A stretch of 62,273 nt of DNA, filler included. It is 11 parts of 11 records of this genome, joined end to end, with 100 filler letters (N's around TTAATTAATTAA, not from the genome) between each part and the next. Parts side by side here need not be neighbours in the genome. Positions count along the whole stretch, not along the records: positions 7,604 to 11,428 come from SRR20825010_4751; positions 11,529 to 14,880 come from SRR20825010_4752; positions 14,981 to 25,695 come from SRR20825010_4753; 8 more parts are not named here. One strand, given 5' to 3'. Shown one piece after another: positions 9,649-18,686 of this stretch. The translations under genes were made by a program, and so were the position numbers. The notes below the pieces were generated by a model. The model ran no database searches, was not told the origin of the DNA, and saw nothing but the letters and a program-made list of their open reading frames with translations. The number at the start of each line of letters is the position of its first letter. Positions within the stretch are counted from its first letter, which is position 1.

Positions 9649-10641
9649 TCACGATATATCACAACAATCAATTATAAGTTTCCCCGTCGCACTCCGATCC
9701 CGGATCGCGCCGAGCGCATCCATGGCATCTGCCAGCGGGTATTTTGCCGATATCATCGGGCGAATTTTACCCTCCCGCAGCAGGCCAAGAATCTCGGCCA
9801 TGCCTTGCCGGGCGATGGTCGGGTTTTGTTCAAGATAGGCCCCGAAATAGAACCCGATTGCCGTGACATTCTTGACCAGCAAGATATTGGCCGGGATTTG
9901 CGGCACGATGCCACTGGCAAATCCGATCAATAATATGCGGGCCCCCGGCGCAACACAGCGCAGGCTTTGATCAAAGATATCCCCGCCGACCGGATCATAC
10001 ACCACATCCACCCCCGCAGGCTTTCCAAGCGTTGCGGTAATCTCACGCACGCCATCGCGGATATTTTCGGATTTATAATCAATAACGTGGTCGGCACCGT
10101 GATCACGGGCGATCTGACATTTTTCCGCCCCGCCCGCCGTGGCGATCACGGTTGCGCCCAAAAGTTTGGCACATTCCACCGCTGTTAAGCCAACACCGCC
10201 CGCCGCCCCATGGATTAAAACAACATCGTCCGGCTGCACATTGGCGCGATATTTCAAACCAAACCAACTTGTGCCATAGGCAATCTGAAACGCGGCCGCA
10301 CTTTCAAAATCAACCGCACCCGGAAGCGGGATGACAAGTGACGCATTGGCGACAACCCGGGTGGCATATCCGCCCCAATCGGGCATCGCCATCACCCGAT
10401 CACCAACCGCAATGCCAACAACTCCGTCGCCCACCGACTGCACAATGCCGCTGACTTCAAAGCCCGGGGCAAAGGCCCCTTTGGGACGTTTTTGATATTT
10501 CCCCTCAAGGATCAGGGTATCGGCGAAATTGACCCCGCAGGCCGCGACATCAATCAAGACCTCGCCCGGACCCGCCACAGGATCGGGCCAGTCGATCAGG
10601 GTGGGCGTTTCGCCAAATGACGGGCAAATCCATGATTTCAT
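9649..10641 (-). CDS. NADPH:quinone oxidoreductase (MDR family)
   Basis: GVNFAD...GKYQ, PGFEVSG, VLIHGAAGGVG and DVVYDPVGG motifs. Confidence 0.9.
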   Translation of the reverse strand: MKSWICPSFGETPTLIDWPDPVAGPGEVLIDVAACGVNFADTLILEGKYQKRPKGAFAPGFEVSGIVQSVGDGVVGIAVGDRVMAMPDWGGYATRVVANASLVIPLPGAVDFESAAAFQIAYGTSWFGLKYRANVQPDDVVLIHGAAGGVGLTAVECAKLLGATVIATAGGAEKCQIARDHGADHVIDYKSENIRDGVREITATLGKPAGVDVVYDPVGGDIFDQSLRCVAPGARILLIGFASGIVPQIPANILLVKNVTAIGFYFGAYLEQNPTIARQGMAEILGLLREGKIRPMISAKYPLADAMDALGAIRDRSATGKLIIDCCDIS

Positions 10642-10794
10642 GCCGGTTTCCTGCTTGGGGTCTTGATCAATAGGCACCATCTATAGGCGCGAGTGTGCCG
10701 CGTGATCATAGACCAGACAAGCCGACATTGGGCTAAAGCATGTTGTATTTAATGCCCAATCAGATGGAACCATGGATGGGGGAAAACCGAAGGA

Positions 10795-11100
10795 TCAGAA
10801 AATGCGTTGCCGTTTGCGTTTGCGGGTCAAAAACAGCAAAACCAAGGAGGGTACGAACAACACCACAATGGCAGGCGCCAACAGGATCCGCACAAAAACC
10901 GTGTCCCACGCCCAAACAGAAACATAGCGCTGAATGACCGATTGCAACAGATTCAGGCTTCCGGCATCAAGGCGATACCAAAGCTCTCCGGCTGCGACCA
11001 GACGAAAACTGCCTGCTTGAAGTGCGGTAATGGAATCATCGACCAGCACGGTAATGCCAGCAAATAACAACCCCCATCCCAACGCTCTTAAAACCCACAT
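10795..11100 (-). CDS. Hypothetical small membrane protein
   Basis: GGAG RBS; two hydrophobic segments flanking GELWYRLDAGSLNLLQSVIQRY; basic C-terminal tail. Confidence 0.65.
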   Translation of the reverse strand: MWVLRALGWGLLFAGITVLVDDSITALQAGSFRLVAAGELWYRLDAGSLNLLQSVIQRYVSVWAWDTVFVRILLAPAIVVLFVPSLVLLFLTRKRKRQRIF

Positions 11101-11385
11101 CTTCGTCTCCGCACTACCTGTAAGGGTTGGTTTATTAGCAAACACTGCAAGCACCCTAACGGCCTGACCCGCTTACGTAAAGTGCCCCAAAAGACCAACG
11201 CGTAATAACGCACCAACCCTAAACTCTAACGTGAAACCTTACGGGTGAGAGATCAACAAGAAGTAAAGATCGCGCCAAAGCCCACAATTCCAACGGTTAC
11301 AGCCGAACTATCGGCGTCAATACAGCGGTTTTGCGATTGATTTCGCGGCAATTTCACGAAAGTGCAAAAAGAGGGTGATTGGCCC

Positions 11386-11428
11386 TTGTCAAGCAAGGTC
11401 GGGTCGGCTAATGTCCGCCCGCTTTCGC
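11386..11428 (+). promoter_or_regulatory. Sigma70 promoter of rRNA/tRNA type
   Basis: TTGTCA (11386-11391), 17-nt spacer, TAATGT (11409-11414), then a GC-rich discriminator CCGCCCGC. The contig ends immediately afterwards. Confidence 0.55.
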
Positions 11429-11528
11429 NNNNNNNNNNNNNNNNNNNNNNNNNNNNNNNNNNNNNNNNNNNNTTAATTAATTAANNNNNNNNNNNNNNNN
11501 NNNNNNNNNNNNNNNNNNNNNNNNNNNN

Positions 11529-11591
11529 AGTCGCCGCGATAGCGGCTTAGTTCAATCCCAACTGATTCAGAAAAGCACAGAAACGCTCTAG
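11529..11591 (-). mobile_element. Probable IS terminus (IS630/IS5-like) inserted at CTAG
   Basis: The minus strand reads CTAGAGCGTTTCTGTGCTTTTCTGAATCAGTTGGGATT, starting exactly at the integrase stop. The contig breaks about 60 bp later. Confidence 0.5.
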
Positions 11592-12301
11592 GATCGCCAG
11601 ATTGTGCGCAGACAACCGATATCCTTATTGCCCGATGAGGCGCTTCTTTGCGCTGGTCCGTCAGCTGGAGCAATTTTCTCCCGCCAATACCGATAGAGCT
11701 TCAGCGCATCCTCGCGATCGATTTCATCGAAATACTTGTCGCCGGCAACAGAAATGAAATTCGCCACGGCCCGGCGACGAACCTTCGTCCAGTTGCGCCG
11801 TTGGGTCGTGCTTTTGCCGGCGATCTCAGACGCCGCGATTTCGGAAAGATACAATTCAAACGCTTCTGAAAGCCGGGCGCGCGGCCGATCCTCAAGGCCC
11901 ATGACTGCCGTAGCGTCCATGCTTTTAGGCGGATAGGCCGACAAAGCATCGAGACGCGCCATTATCTGATCGCCCGTTTCGCTCGCAACCAGATCAGCAG
12001 CTGGCCGATAGGTAAAGCCCAGAGCTCGCGCCCGCGCCACTGCGGCGCGATAACGTGCCCCGGCCCGGTTGCGATCATCGCCCCTCAGATACGCGCCCCA
12101 GAGCTCGTTGTCGGCGTCTTCGTAAGCGTCACGCTTGATTCGGGCCATCGCCAGATCGCGAGTGCCAAGAGAAATTCGAATTGCGAGTGCGCGAGGATCA
12201 AGATCCAGAGCGAGCTTTGGAACGCGCCGGACATACATGTAGATGCCTCGTCGCGCGGTCAGAAAACGATCCGGATTTTTGCTTTGTGAGGTCGCACGCA
12301 T
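11588..12301 (-). pseudogene. Tyrosine integrase N-terminal half (DUF6538-like), lacking the catalytic domain
   Basis: RRGIYMYVRRVPK...IRISLGTRDLAMAR N-terminus plus core-binding region. It stops after about 237 aa with no R-H-R-Y domain and lies next to a tRNA 3' end. Confidence 0.75.
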
Positions 12302-12418
12302 CGCTTCCGTTGCTCCATTTGTTGCACGCAAATTGACGTCAGCGCAATACCCCAAATTTCAAGCCTTCAATTAAGACAATAAAATCAGTTATTTACACAA
12401 ATTTTCTTGAAAAGTTTT

Positions 12419-12503
12419 TGGTGCCCCTTGCCGGAATCGAACCAGCACTCCTTTCGGAACCTGATTTTGAGTCAGGCGCGTCTACCAATTCCGCCAAAGG
12501 GGC
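12419..12503 (-). tRNA. tRNA-Leu (CAA)
   Basis: 85-nt cloverleaf GCCCCTT...CCTGA-CTCAAAA-TCAGG with a long variable arm, GGTTCGATTCC and AAGGGGCACCA. Confidence 0.97.
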
Positions 12504-12678
12504 CCTTTGCCTTGTTTGAAGGCAGACATCGCGGAATATAAGGAGATCGGGACAGCCGTCAACACGCTTCTGACGCCGGGTGCGCACAAATTTGCACTAT
12601 GCGGCCAGTCAGTGATGGACATGGCGGGCCGAAGACAGCATTCTCCCGCCGACCCGCTGATCCAACCCCGGACCATCC

Positions 12679-13260
12679 ATGCTGCGCAGACTTTACAACT
12701 GGACGCTTTCGCTCGCCGGCAACCGCAATGCCGAAGGCGTTCTTTTCGGAATATCGTTTGCCGAAAGCTCGTTCTTCCCGATCCCGCCGGATGTGCTGTT
12801 GATCCCGATGGTGATCGCGCGGCCGGCAAAGTGGTTCCGGATCGCGCTGATCTGCACCCTGGCATCTATCCTCGGCGCGATCGCCGGCTATCTGATCGGC
12901 ATGTTCCTGTTCGAACAGGTTGCCCGACCGATCCTTGAGTTTTACGGCAAGCAGGGCTCGTTCGACCGGATCGCCGACTGGTACAACACATGGGGCGGCT
13001 GGGGCGTGCTGTTCGCCGCCATCACGCCGTTTCCCTACAAGGTGCTGACGATCTTTTCGGGCGCCACGGGCCTGAACTTCGGCATTTTCCTGCTGGTCAG
13101 CTTGATCGGGCGCTCGTTCCGCTTCTTCCTGGTCGCCTGGCTGCTCAACCGCTACGGTCCGCCGATCCGCGATTTCATCGAGAAATATCTCGGTCTTCTT
13201 TTCACCGTATTCGTCATTCTTCTGGCTGGTGGATTCTATCTCGTCAAATACGTGTTCTAA
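12679..13260 (+). CDS. YqaA/DedA family membrane protein
   Basis: SFAESSFFPIPPDVLLIPM, TPFPYKV and GRSFRFF motifs. Confidence 0.9.
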   Translation: MLRRLYNWTLSLAGNRNAEGVLFGISFAESSFFPIPPDVLLIPMVIARPAKWFRIALICTLASILGAIAGYLIGMFLFEQVARPILEFYGKQGSFDRIADWYNTWGGWGVLFAAITPFPYKVLTIFSGATGLNFGIFLLVSLIGRSFRFFLVAWLLNRYGPPIRDFIEKYLGLLFTVFVILLAGGFYLVKYVF

Positions 13261-13268
13261 GAGGGTTC

Positions 13269-13772
13269 ATGACCGCGCGTTCTTTCTCCCGCATCCCGAG
13301 CAGCCTGACGCTTTCAACGCTCGCCATGGCCGTCACGGTCGGGGCGGCGCTCGGCTTCGAGCATCTCGGCAGCTATATCCCCTGCCACCTCTGCCTTCTC
13401 GAGCGGAACCCTTATTATATCGGCGTGCCGGTCGGCATTGTCGGCCTTCTCGCCTGGCGCTTTCGCCTGCCGCGCCTGATCGCACGGCTGGCGCTCCTCG
13501 TCATCGCCGGGCTGATGGTCTGGGGCATGGTGATGGGCGTCTATCACGCCGGCGTCGAATGGCACTGGTGGGCGGGGCCGTCCGATTGCTCCGGCTCGCT
13601 TGCCGGCGTGACCACCAATGCCATGGACCTGCTCGGCGATCTCAACCGCGTGACCGGCCCGAAATGCGACGAGGCGGCGCTGCGCGTGCTCGGCCTTTCC
13701 TTCGCCGGCTGGAACGTGGTCGCAAGTCTGGTAATCGCGGCGATCGCGCTCTGGGGCGCGCGCGGGAAATAA
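13269..13772 (+). CDS. dsbB: Disulfide bond formation protein B family
   Basis: PCHLCLLERNPY CxxC, YHAGVEWHWWAGPSDC and CDEAALRVLGLSFAGWN. Confidence 0.88.
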   Translation: MTARSFSRIPSSLTLSTLAMAVTVGAALGFEHLGSYIPCHLCLLERNPYYIGVPVGIVGLLAWRFRLPRLIARLALLVIAGLMVWGMVMGVYHAGVEWHWWAGPSDCSGSLAGVTTNAMDLLGDLNRVTGPKCDEAALRVLGLSFAGWNVVASLVIAAIALWGARGK

Positions 13773-13841
13773 AGCGTCGGGCGAAAAAGTGGAGCCCGGG
13801 TTTTCGTTAACCCGGCGCGTCAAAAGAAAGAATCAAGCGCC

Positions 13842-14834
13842 TCAGGCAGCGCCGATCCGCAGAAAATCGTGGAAATGGACGATCCCGAGCGGGCGATTGT
13901 CCTGATCGACCACCATCAGCGCGGAAATATTGTGCTTCTGCAGCAGCGCCATCGCGGCGGAGACCAGCATGGACTTGCCCACCGTCTTGGGCGCCGAGGT
14001 CATCACGTCTTCCACGGCAAGCCGGCTCATGTCGCGGGCAAGATTGCGGGCGAGATCGCCATCGGTGATGATGCCAGCCAGCCGGCCATCATCGGTCAGA
14101 ACCCCGACACAGCCGAAACGACGCCGGGAAAGCACCATGATCGCGTCGGGCAGCGGCGTGCCGGCGGGCACCAGCGGCACCTCCTCGCCGACATGCATGA
14201 TATCGGCGACATGGGAGAGCAAAGCGCCGAGCTTGCCGCCCGGATGATAGATCTTGAAGTCGACCGCGGAAAAGCCGCGCGCCTCCAGCAGCGCGATCGC
14301 GAGCGCATCGCCGAGTGCCAGCTGCATCGTGGTCGAGGTCGTCGGCGCCAGACCGTGCGGACACGCTTCTTCCGCCTTTGGCAGGTCGAGAACGATATCC
14401 GCCGCCAGCGCCAGCGAGGATTGGCGGCCTGAGGTGAGCGCGATCAGAGGGATGGCGAAGCGCCGCGTATAGGCGACCAGGGCGGTCAACTCGCTGCTCT
14501 CCCCGCTCCACGACAAAGCGAGCACGGCATCGTTCTGGGAAATCATTCCCATATCGCCGTGATTGGCCTCGGCGGGATGGACGAAAAAGGCGGGCGTGCC
14601 GGTGGAGGCAAAGGTTGCCGCGATCTTGGTGCCGACATGGCCGCTCTTGCCGACGCCCGAGACGATCACATGCCCCGCCGTCTGCTGCAGCAACGCCACG
14701 GCCTTTTCAAACGGCTCCGCGAGCCTGTTGCCGAGCGCCGCCGACAGCGCCTCGAGACCCTTGCGCTCGAAATCGAGCGTCCTCAGTCCCGAACGGGCCG
14801 CCTCCCCCAAACCATTGTCATTCGCATCAACCAT
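13842..14834 (-). CDS. kdsD: Arabinose-5-phosphate isomerase (KpsF/GutQ family, SIS plus 2 CBS domains)
   Basis: GVGKSGHVG, STGTPAFFVHPAEANHGD, EACPHGLAPTTSTT, HPGGKLG and a CBS pair. Confidence 0.93.
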   Translation of the reverse strand: MVDANDNGLGEAARSGLRTLDFERKGLEALSAALGNRLAEPFEKAVALLQQTAGHVIVSGVGKSGHVGTKIAATFASTGTPAFFVHPAEANHGDMGMISQNDAVLALSWSGESSELTALVAYTRRFAIPLIALTSGRQSSLALAADIVLDLPKAEEACPHGLAPTTSTTMQLALGDALAIALLEARGFSAVDFKIYHPGGKLGALLSHVADIMHVGEEVPLVPAGTPLPDAIMVLSRRRFGCVGVLTDDGRLAGIITDGDLARNLARDMSRLAVEDVMTSAPKTVGKSMLVSAAMALLQKHNISALMVVDQDNRPLGIVHFHDFLRIGAA

Positions 14835-14980
14835 GCCACGCTGTTAGCGCTTTTGTGGAATGCAATCAATAGAGTGGTTGNNNNNNNNNNNNNNNNNNNN
14901 NNNNNNNNNNNNNNNNNNNNNNNNTTAATTAATTAANNNNNNNNNNNNNNNNNNNNNNNNNNNNNNNNNNNNNNNNNNNN

Positions 14981-15233
14981 GGTTGCCCGCATCATCATGC
15001 CGATGTCGGTGGTGCGACTTGCCGCTGGTCGCGAGTTGATGTCGGACGAACAGCAGGCACTTTGCTTCATGGCTGGTGCCAATTCGATCTTTGTCGGCGA
15101 CAAATTGCTCACCGCCAAAAATCCGGAAGCGGACAAGGATCAAATCCTGTTCAAGAAACTCGGCATTGAATCCATGCCCGCTCACAGCTGCCCGTCAGAA
15201 AAAGACGTGTCAGCCAAGCGCAAGGCCGGCTGA
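14981..15233 (+). CDS. bioB: Biotin synthase, C-terminal fragment
   Basis: [44 protein letters not shown]. Confidence 0.92.
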
Positions 15234-15554
15234 CCACCTCTCCCGCCAAAAGGCCAGACGCTCCTTCAATAGCGATTGAAGGAGATAGGGCGTCATGTCT
15301 TCGTCCTCGATGCGTTCAACAATCTCGTAAACGAGATTGTTTTCGCCATGCGTGTTCCATGCAGCCTGCATGGCCGTGACGCGATGGTTGCCCATCTTCA
15401 GTTGAAACCAGATGCCATTTTGCTGCGCATCAAGATTGCGGCTAGGCCCGAGCCAGCGCTCATCGGTGACGAGGCAACGCACGACAAAAATGCCGGGCGT
15501 CACCTCGCGCTCCTTAAAGTCGCGCACGATCTGTCTCTTGCGATCCTTGTCCAT
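15210..15554 (-). CDS. GIY-YIG nuclease-fold protein (stand-alone, probably degenerate)
   Basis: PGIFVVRC...RWLGPSRNL...FQLKMGNH...MQAAWNTHG...YEIVE pattern. Confidence 0.75.
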   Translation of the reverse strand: MDKDRKRQIVRDFKEREVTPGIFVVRCLVTDERWLGPSRNLDAQQNGIWFQLKMGNHRVTAMQAAWNTHGENNLVYEIVERIEDEDMTPYLLQSLLKERLAFWRERWSAGLALG

Positions 15555-15556
15555 GA

Positions 15557-16156
15557 TTAAACTTTCCCCGAACGCCGACGTTCAGGCACAGGCGGAACGA
15601 TGCGGGCAAGTTTTTGGTTCAAGCGGTAATGCGCCTTGGCATCATTCGGCTTCACCCAATCACGCCCGATCGCTTCCCAATCAGGATCTGATACATCCAC
15701 GCCGAGTACTTTCAGCAAGCCACCTTCGCAAACCACAAACTGGTGACGATAGGGAAATAGGAAACGATCCCTACCCTTCAGCGCAGCCTTCGCTTCGTCA
15801 TAAGTCACAAACCATGAATTGAGGAAGAAACCCGTTTTATCGGAAAAGAGCCTCGCAGTATCAAACGCAGGCAATTCGATATGCGCTTCTTCTGTCAGAT
15901 GCTGCCAATCGCGAAACCCCATTTCGCGAGCGATGACAGCCAATGCATGCTTGCGCTGCACACGCGATTTATCGGCTAGCAATTCATTGGCATTGCCATC
16001 AGGCCAGAGACTTGCCAAGCGATAGGCCGCACCAAAGGCCCGACGCTTGTCGGCACTGGCAAAATCTTTCATGAGCTTGCTCGCACGAATTTTATATTCG
16101 GCAAGCGCGTCAATTTCTTTTTCGGAAGCACTGGATATAGACGGGTCTGTTCGCAC
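15557..16156 (-). CDS. Hypothetical protein with a HALAVIAREMGFRDWQHL motif
   Basis: GTG start at 16156 preceded by AGGAGG; stop 2 bp before the GIY-YIG gene. Confidence 0.7.
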   Translation of the reverse strand: MRTDPSISSASEKEIDALAEYKIRASKLMKDFASADKRRAFGAAYRLASLWPDGNANELLADKSRVQRKHALAVIAREMGFRDWQHLTEEAHIELPAFDTARLFSDKTGFFLNSWFVTYDEAKAALKGRDRFLFPYRHQFVVCEGGLLKVLGVDVSDPDWEAIGRDWVKPNDAKAHYRLNQKLARIVPPVPERRRSGKV

Positions 16157-16400
16157 AGATTCCTCCTGTTGTCTGAAGTCGCTGGTCCGAAACAGCGGCA
16201 AACAATTGAGGGGATCGCGAACTAACAGGCGTCATCTCATATCATCGTCGAAGGTGAGTTCCTCTTTCTCGGACGGCGGCACCCTTCGCAGCACCGGTGA
16301 TATGTTTAGCCGATTGTCACAGGGTTGCCAAGCCGGTGCTAAATCCGCCTATATGCAGGCTGATATAAAGAACGGCCCCGACCCCAGAAAGGCCCGCAGA

Positions 16401-17693
16401 ATGTCGATCCCCCCGGTAAACCCGCTTTTCCCCAATCCGCCTGCATGGCTGGCCGAAGGGGCAAAGCATCTCTGGCTGCCCTACACGCAGATGCAGACTG
16501 TGCCCATGGCGCTGCCAGTGGTGAAGACAGGCGGTGTACGGCTGACACTGGCGGATGGACGCGAATTGATCGACGGGACCTCATCTTGGTGGACGGCGGC
16601 GCATGGCTATAACCACCCTCATATACGTGCCCGAGTGACCACACAGCTTGAGCAGATGCCGCATGTGATGCTGGGTGGGTTGGCGCATGAGCAAGCTGTT
16701 ACGCTCGCTACGCGCCTAGCAAAATTATTGCCCGGTGACCTAGGCCATACGTTCTTTTCAGAGTCCGGCTCTGTCTCTGTCGAGATCGCCATGAAGATGG
16801 CCGTGCAATATTGGATCAACAAAGGTAACCGAGGTCGTACGCGCTTTGTCGCCTTTCGAGGCGGCTATCACGGCGACACGCTGGCCACGATGTCGGTCTG
16901 CGATCCCGATGAAGGAATGCATACGCTGTTCAAAGGCGCGATAGCGGAGCAGCTCATCTGCGATCTGCCGACAACACCGGAACGCGCAGAAGCTTTTGAT
17001 GCCTTTCTGAATAAACACAAACATGAGATTGCCGCCGTCATCACAGAACCGCTGGTACAGGGTGCGGGAGGCATGATTTTTCATGATGCCGCAACGCTCA
17101 AAACTCTTCGTGAAATTTGCGACCGGCATGACATGCTTCTAATTTTGGATGAAATCTTTGTAGGCTTTGGGCGCACGGGCAGCATGTTTGCCTGCGAGGC
17201 GGCAGACATCGTGCCTGACATTGTAACACTGTCGAAGGCGCTGACAGGCGGCACCATGGCACTCGCCGCCACTGTTGCGCGTGCGCATGTGTTTGAGGCT
17301 TTTCTGGGTGACACAGCTGCCAATTGTCTGATGCACGGGCCGACTTATACCGGCAATCCATTGGCCTGCGCGGCAGCTAATGCTTCCCTTGACCTCTTCG
17401 AGAGTGAGCCTCGCCTCGCGCAGGTCGCTGCCATAGCCGAACAGCTTAGCCGCGAGCTCGAGCCCGCACGCGCCATCAAAGGTGTGGTCGATGTGCGTGT
17501 CAAAGGAGCGATTGGCATCATCGAATGTGAAAGCATCAAGGATGCCGATCTGATGAAACGACGCTTTGTCGAAGCAGGTGTTTTTATTCGTCCTTTCGGT
17601 CGGATCATCTACATCACGCCGCCACTGATTATTGAAAGTGCCGACCTCAGCCGTCTCACAGCCGCCATGCTTCATGTTTTGCACGAATTGTGA
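16401..17693 (+). CDS. bioA: Adenosylmethionine-8-amino-7-oxononanoate aminotransferase
   Basis: HLWLPYTQM, DGTSSWW, SGSVSVEIAMK, YHGDT, DEIFVGFGRTG, LSKALTGG (PLP lysine) and HGPTYTGNPLACA. Confidence 0.95.
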   Translation: MSIPPVNPLFPNPPAWLAEGAKHLWLPYTQMQTVPMALPVVKTGGVRLTLADGRELIDGTSSWWTAAHGYNHPHIRARVTTQLEQMPHVMLGGLAHEQAVTLATRLAKLLPGDLGHTFFSESGSVSVEIAMKMAVQYWINKGNRGRTRFVAFRGGYHGDTLATMSVCDPDEGMHTLFKGAIAEQLICDLPTTPERAEAFDAFLNKHKHEIAAVITEPLVQGAGGMIFHDAATLKTLREICDRHDMLLILDEIFVGFGRTGSMFACEAADIVPDIVTLSKALTGGTMALAATVARAHVFEAFLGDTAANCLMHGPTYTGNPLACAAANASLDLFESEPRLAQVAAIAEQLSRELEPARAIKGVVDVRVKGAIGIIECESIKDADLMKRRFVEAGVFIRPFGRIIYITPPLIIESADLSRLTAAMLHVLHEL

Positions 17694-17754
17694 CGTGTAA
17701 GCCTTTGGAATAGGCAATTGGGTGTGACTCGTTAGACACTGTTTGTAGTGGTAG

Positions 17755-17763
17755 TTATCCACA
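17755..17763 (+). promoter_or_regulatory. Perfect DnaA box upstream of the parA-like gene, flanked by GANTC sites
   Basis: TTATCCACA at 17755-17763; GANTC at 17726, 17829 and 17866. Confidence 0.5.
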
Positions 17764-17983
17764 CCCATCCTAAATGTTGAGCCAAAATGGGCCAACCACT
17801 AGTCTCCCTTAAGTCTCCGGGGGGAGCTGATTCGCGCTTTCCGCTTTCTGCCCCACATTTCTCGAGAGTCTAACCGGCCACCTAGCGATGGGCGCGCTTT
17901 GCTGGCTGTTTCCGATTGCAATTCACCATGCCCGCAGAACCTGCCCACAGAGGCAGAAAAGCAAGACTGGGAAGCTGAATACG

Positions 17984-18664
17984 ATGCATGTCATAGCGTT
18001 TGCGTCACAAAAAGGCGGGTCGGGCAAAACCACACTCGCCGGTCATATCGCCGTTGAAGCCGAGCGTCAGGGTGCAGGGCCAGTTGCCCTTCTCGACACC
18101 GATCCACAAGGTAGCCTTTCACAATGGTGGAATGCGCGGGAGGCCGAGCGACCATTTTTTGTCAAAGCGTCGGCCGAAGGCCTCGAGCATGATCTGGCGC
18201 GGCTGAAAGCTGGCGGCGTCCGGCTCGTTATCATCGACACTCCGCCGGCCATTACCTCCACAATCGGTCAGGTCATCAGCGTCGCGGACCTCGTGGTCAT
18301 TCCCACACGCCCCAGTCCGCATGATTTGCGCGCCGCAGGGGCCACGGTTCGGCTCTGTGAAGAAGGCGGAAAACCGCTGGTTTTTGCCGTAAATGGCGCC
18401 AGCCCGCGTGCCCGTATCACCACCGAAGCAGTGATTGCACTTTCGCATCACGGCCCCGTCGCCCCTTCGATCATCCATCAGCGAATCGACTTCGCTTCGA
18501 GCATGATCGATGGCCGGACCGTCATGGAAATTGCCTCAAATACGAAATCTCCCGATGAAATCTCGGATTTATGGGCTTTTCTGTCAGATCGGCTCATGGG
18601 GCGGGAGACATCGCCGCTTGTGTCGGGTAATTTTGCCGGAACAACGCTCCGCGGAGCCGCCTGA
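17984..18664 (+). CDS. Orphan ParA/MinD-family ATPase
   Basis: Deviant Walker A KGGSGKTT, DTDPQGSL and Walker B IIDTPP; no N-terminal HTH and no adjacent parB. Confidence 0.92.
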   Translation: MHVIAFASQKGGSGKTTLAGHIAVEAERQGAGPVALLDTDPQGSLSQWWNAREAERPFFVKASAEGLEHDLARLKAGGVRLVIIDTPPAITSTIGQVISVADLVVIPTRPSPHDLRAAGATVRLCEEGGKPLVFAVNGASPRARITTEAVIALSHHGPVAPSIIHQRIDFASSMIDGRTVMEIASNTKSPDEISDLWAFLSDRLMGRETSPLVSGNFAGTTLRGAA

Positions 18665-18686
18665 GCGCGTTCTGGAAAGATAGCCT

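Noticed and set aside
11101-11385. Intergenic inverted repeat AGGGTTGGT/ACCAACCCT as a possible sRNA or CtrA sites
   Set aside because: The arms are short and about 90 bp apart, with no full TTAA-N7-TTAA site and no terminator. Support is insufficient.
16047-16400. Apparent N-terminal extension of BioA (548-aa ORF)
   Set aside because: It overlaps an opposite-strand gene and its leader. BioA similarity starts near the ATG at 16401.
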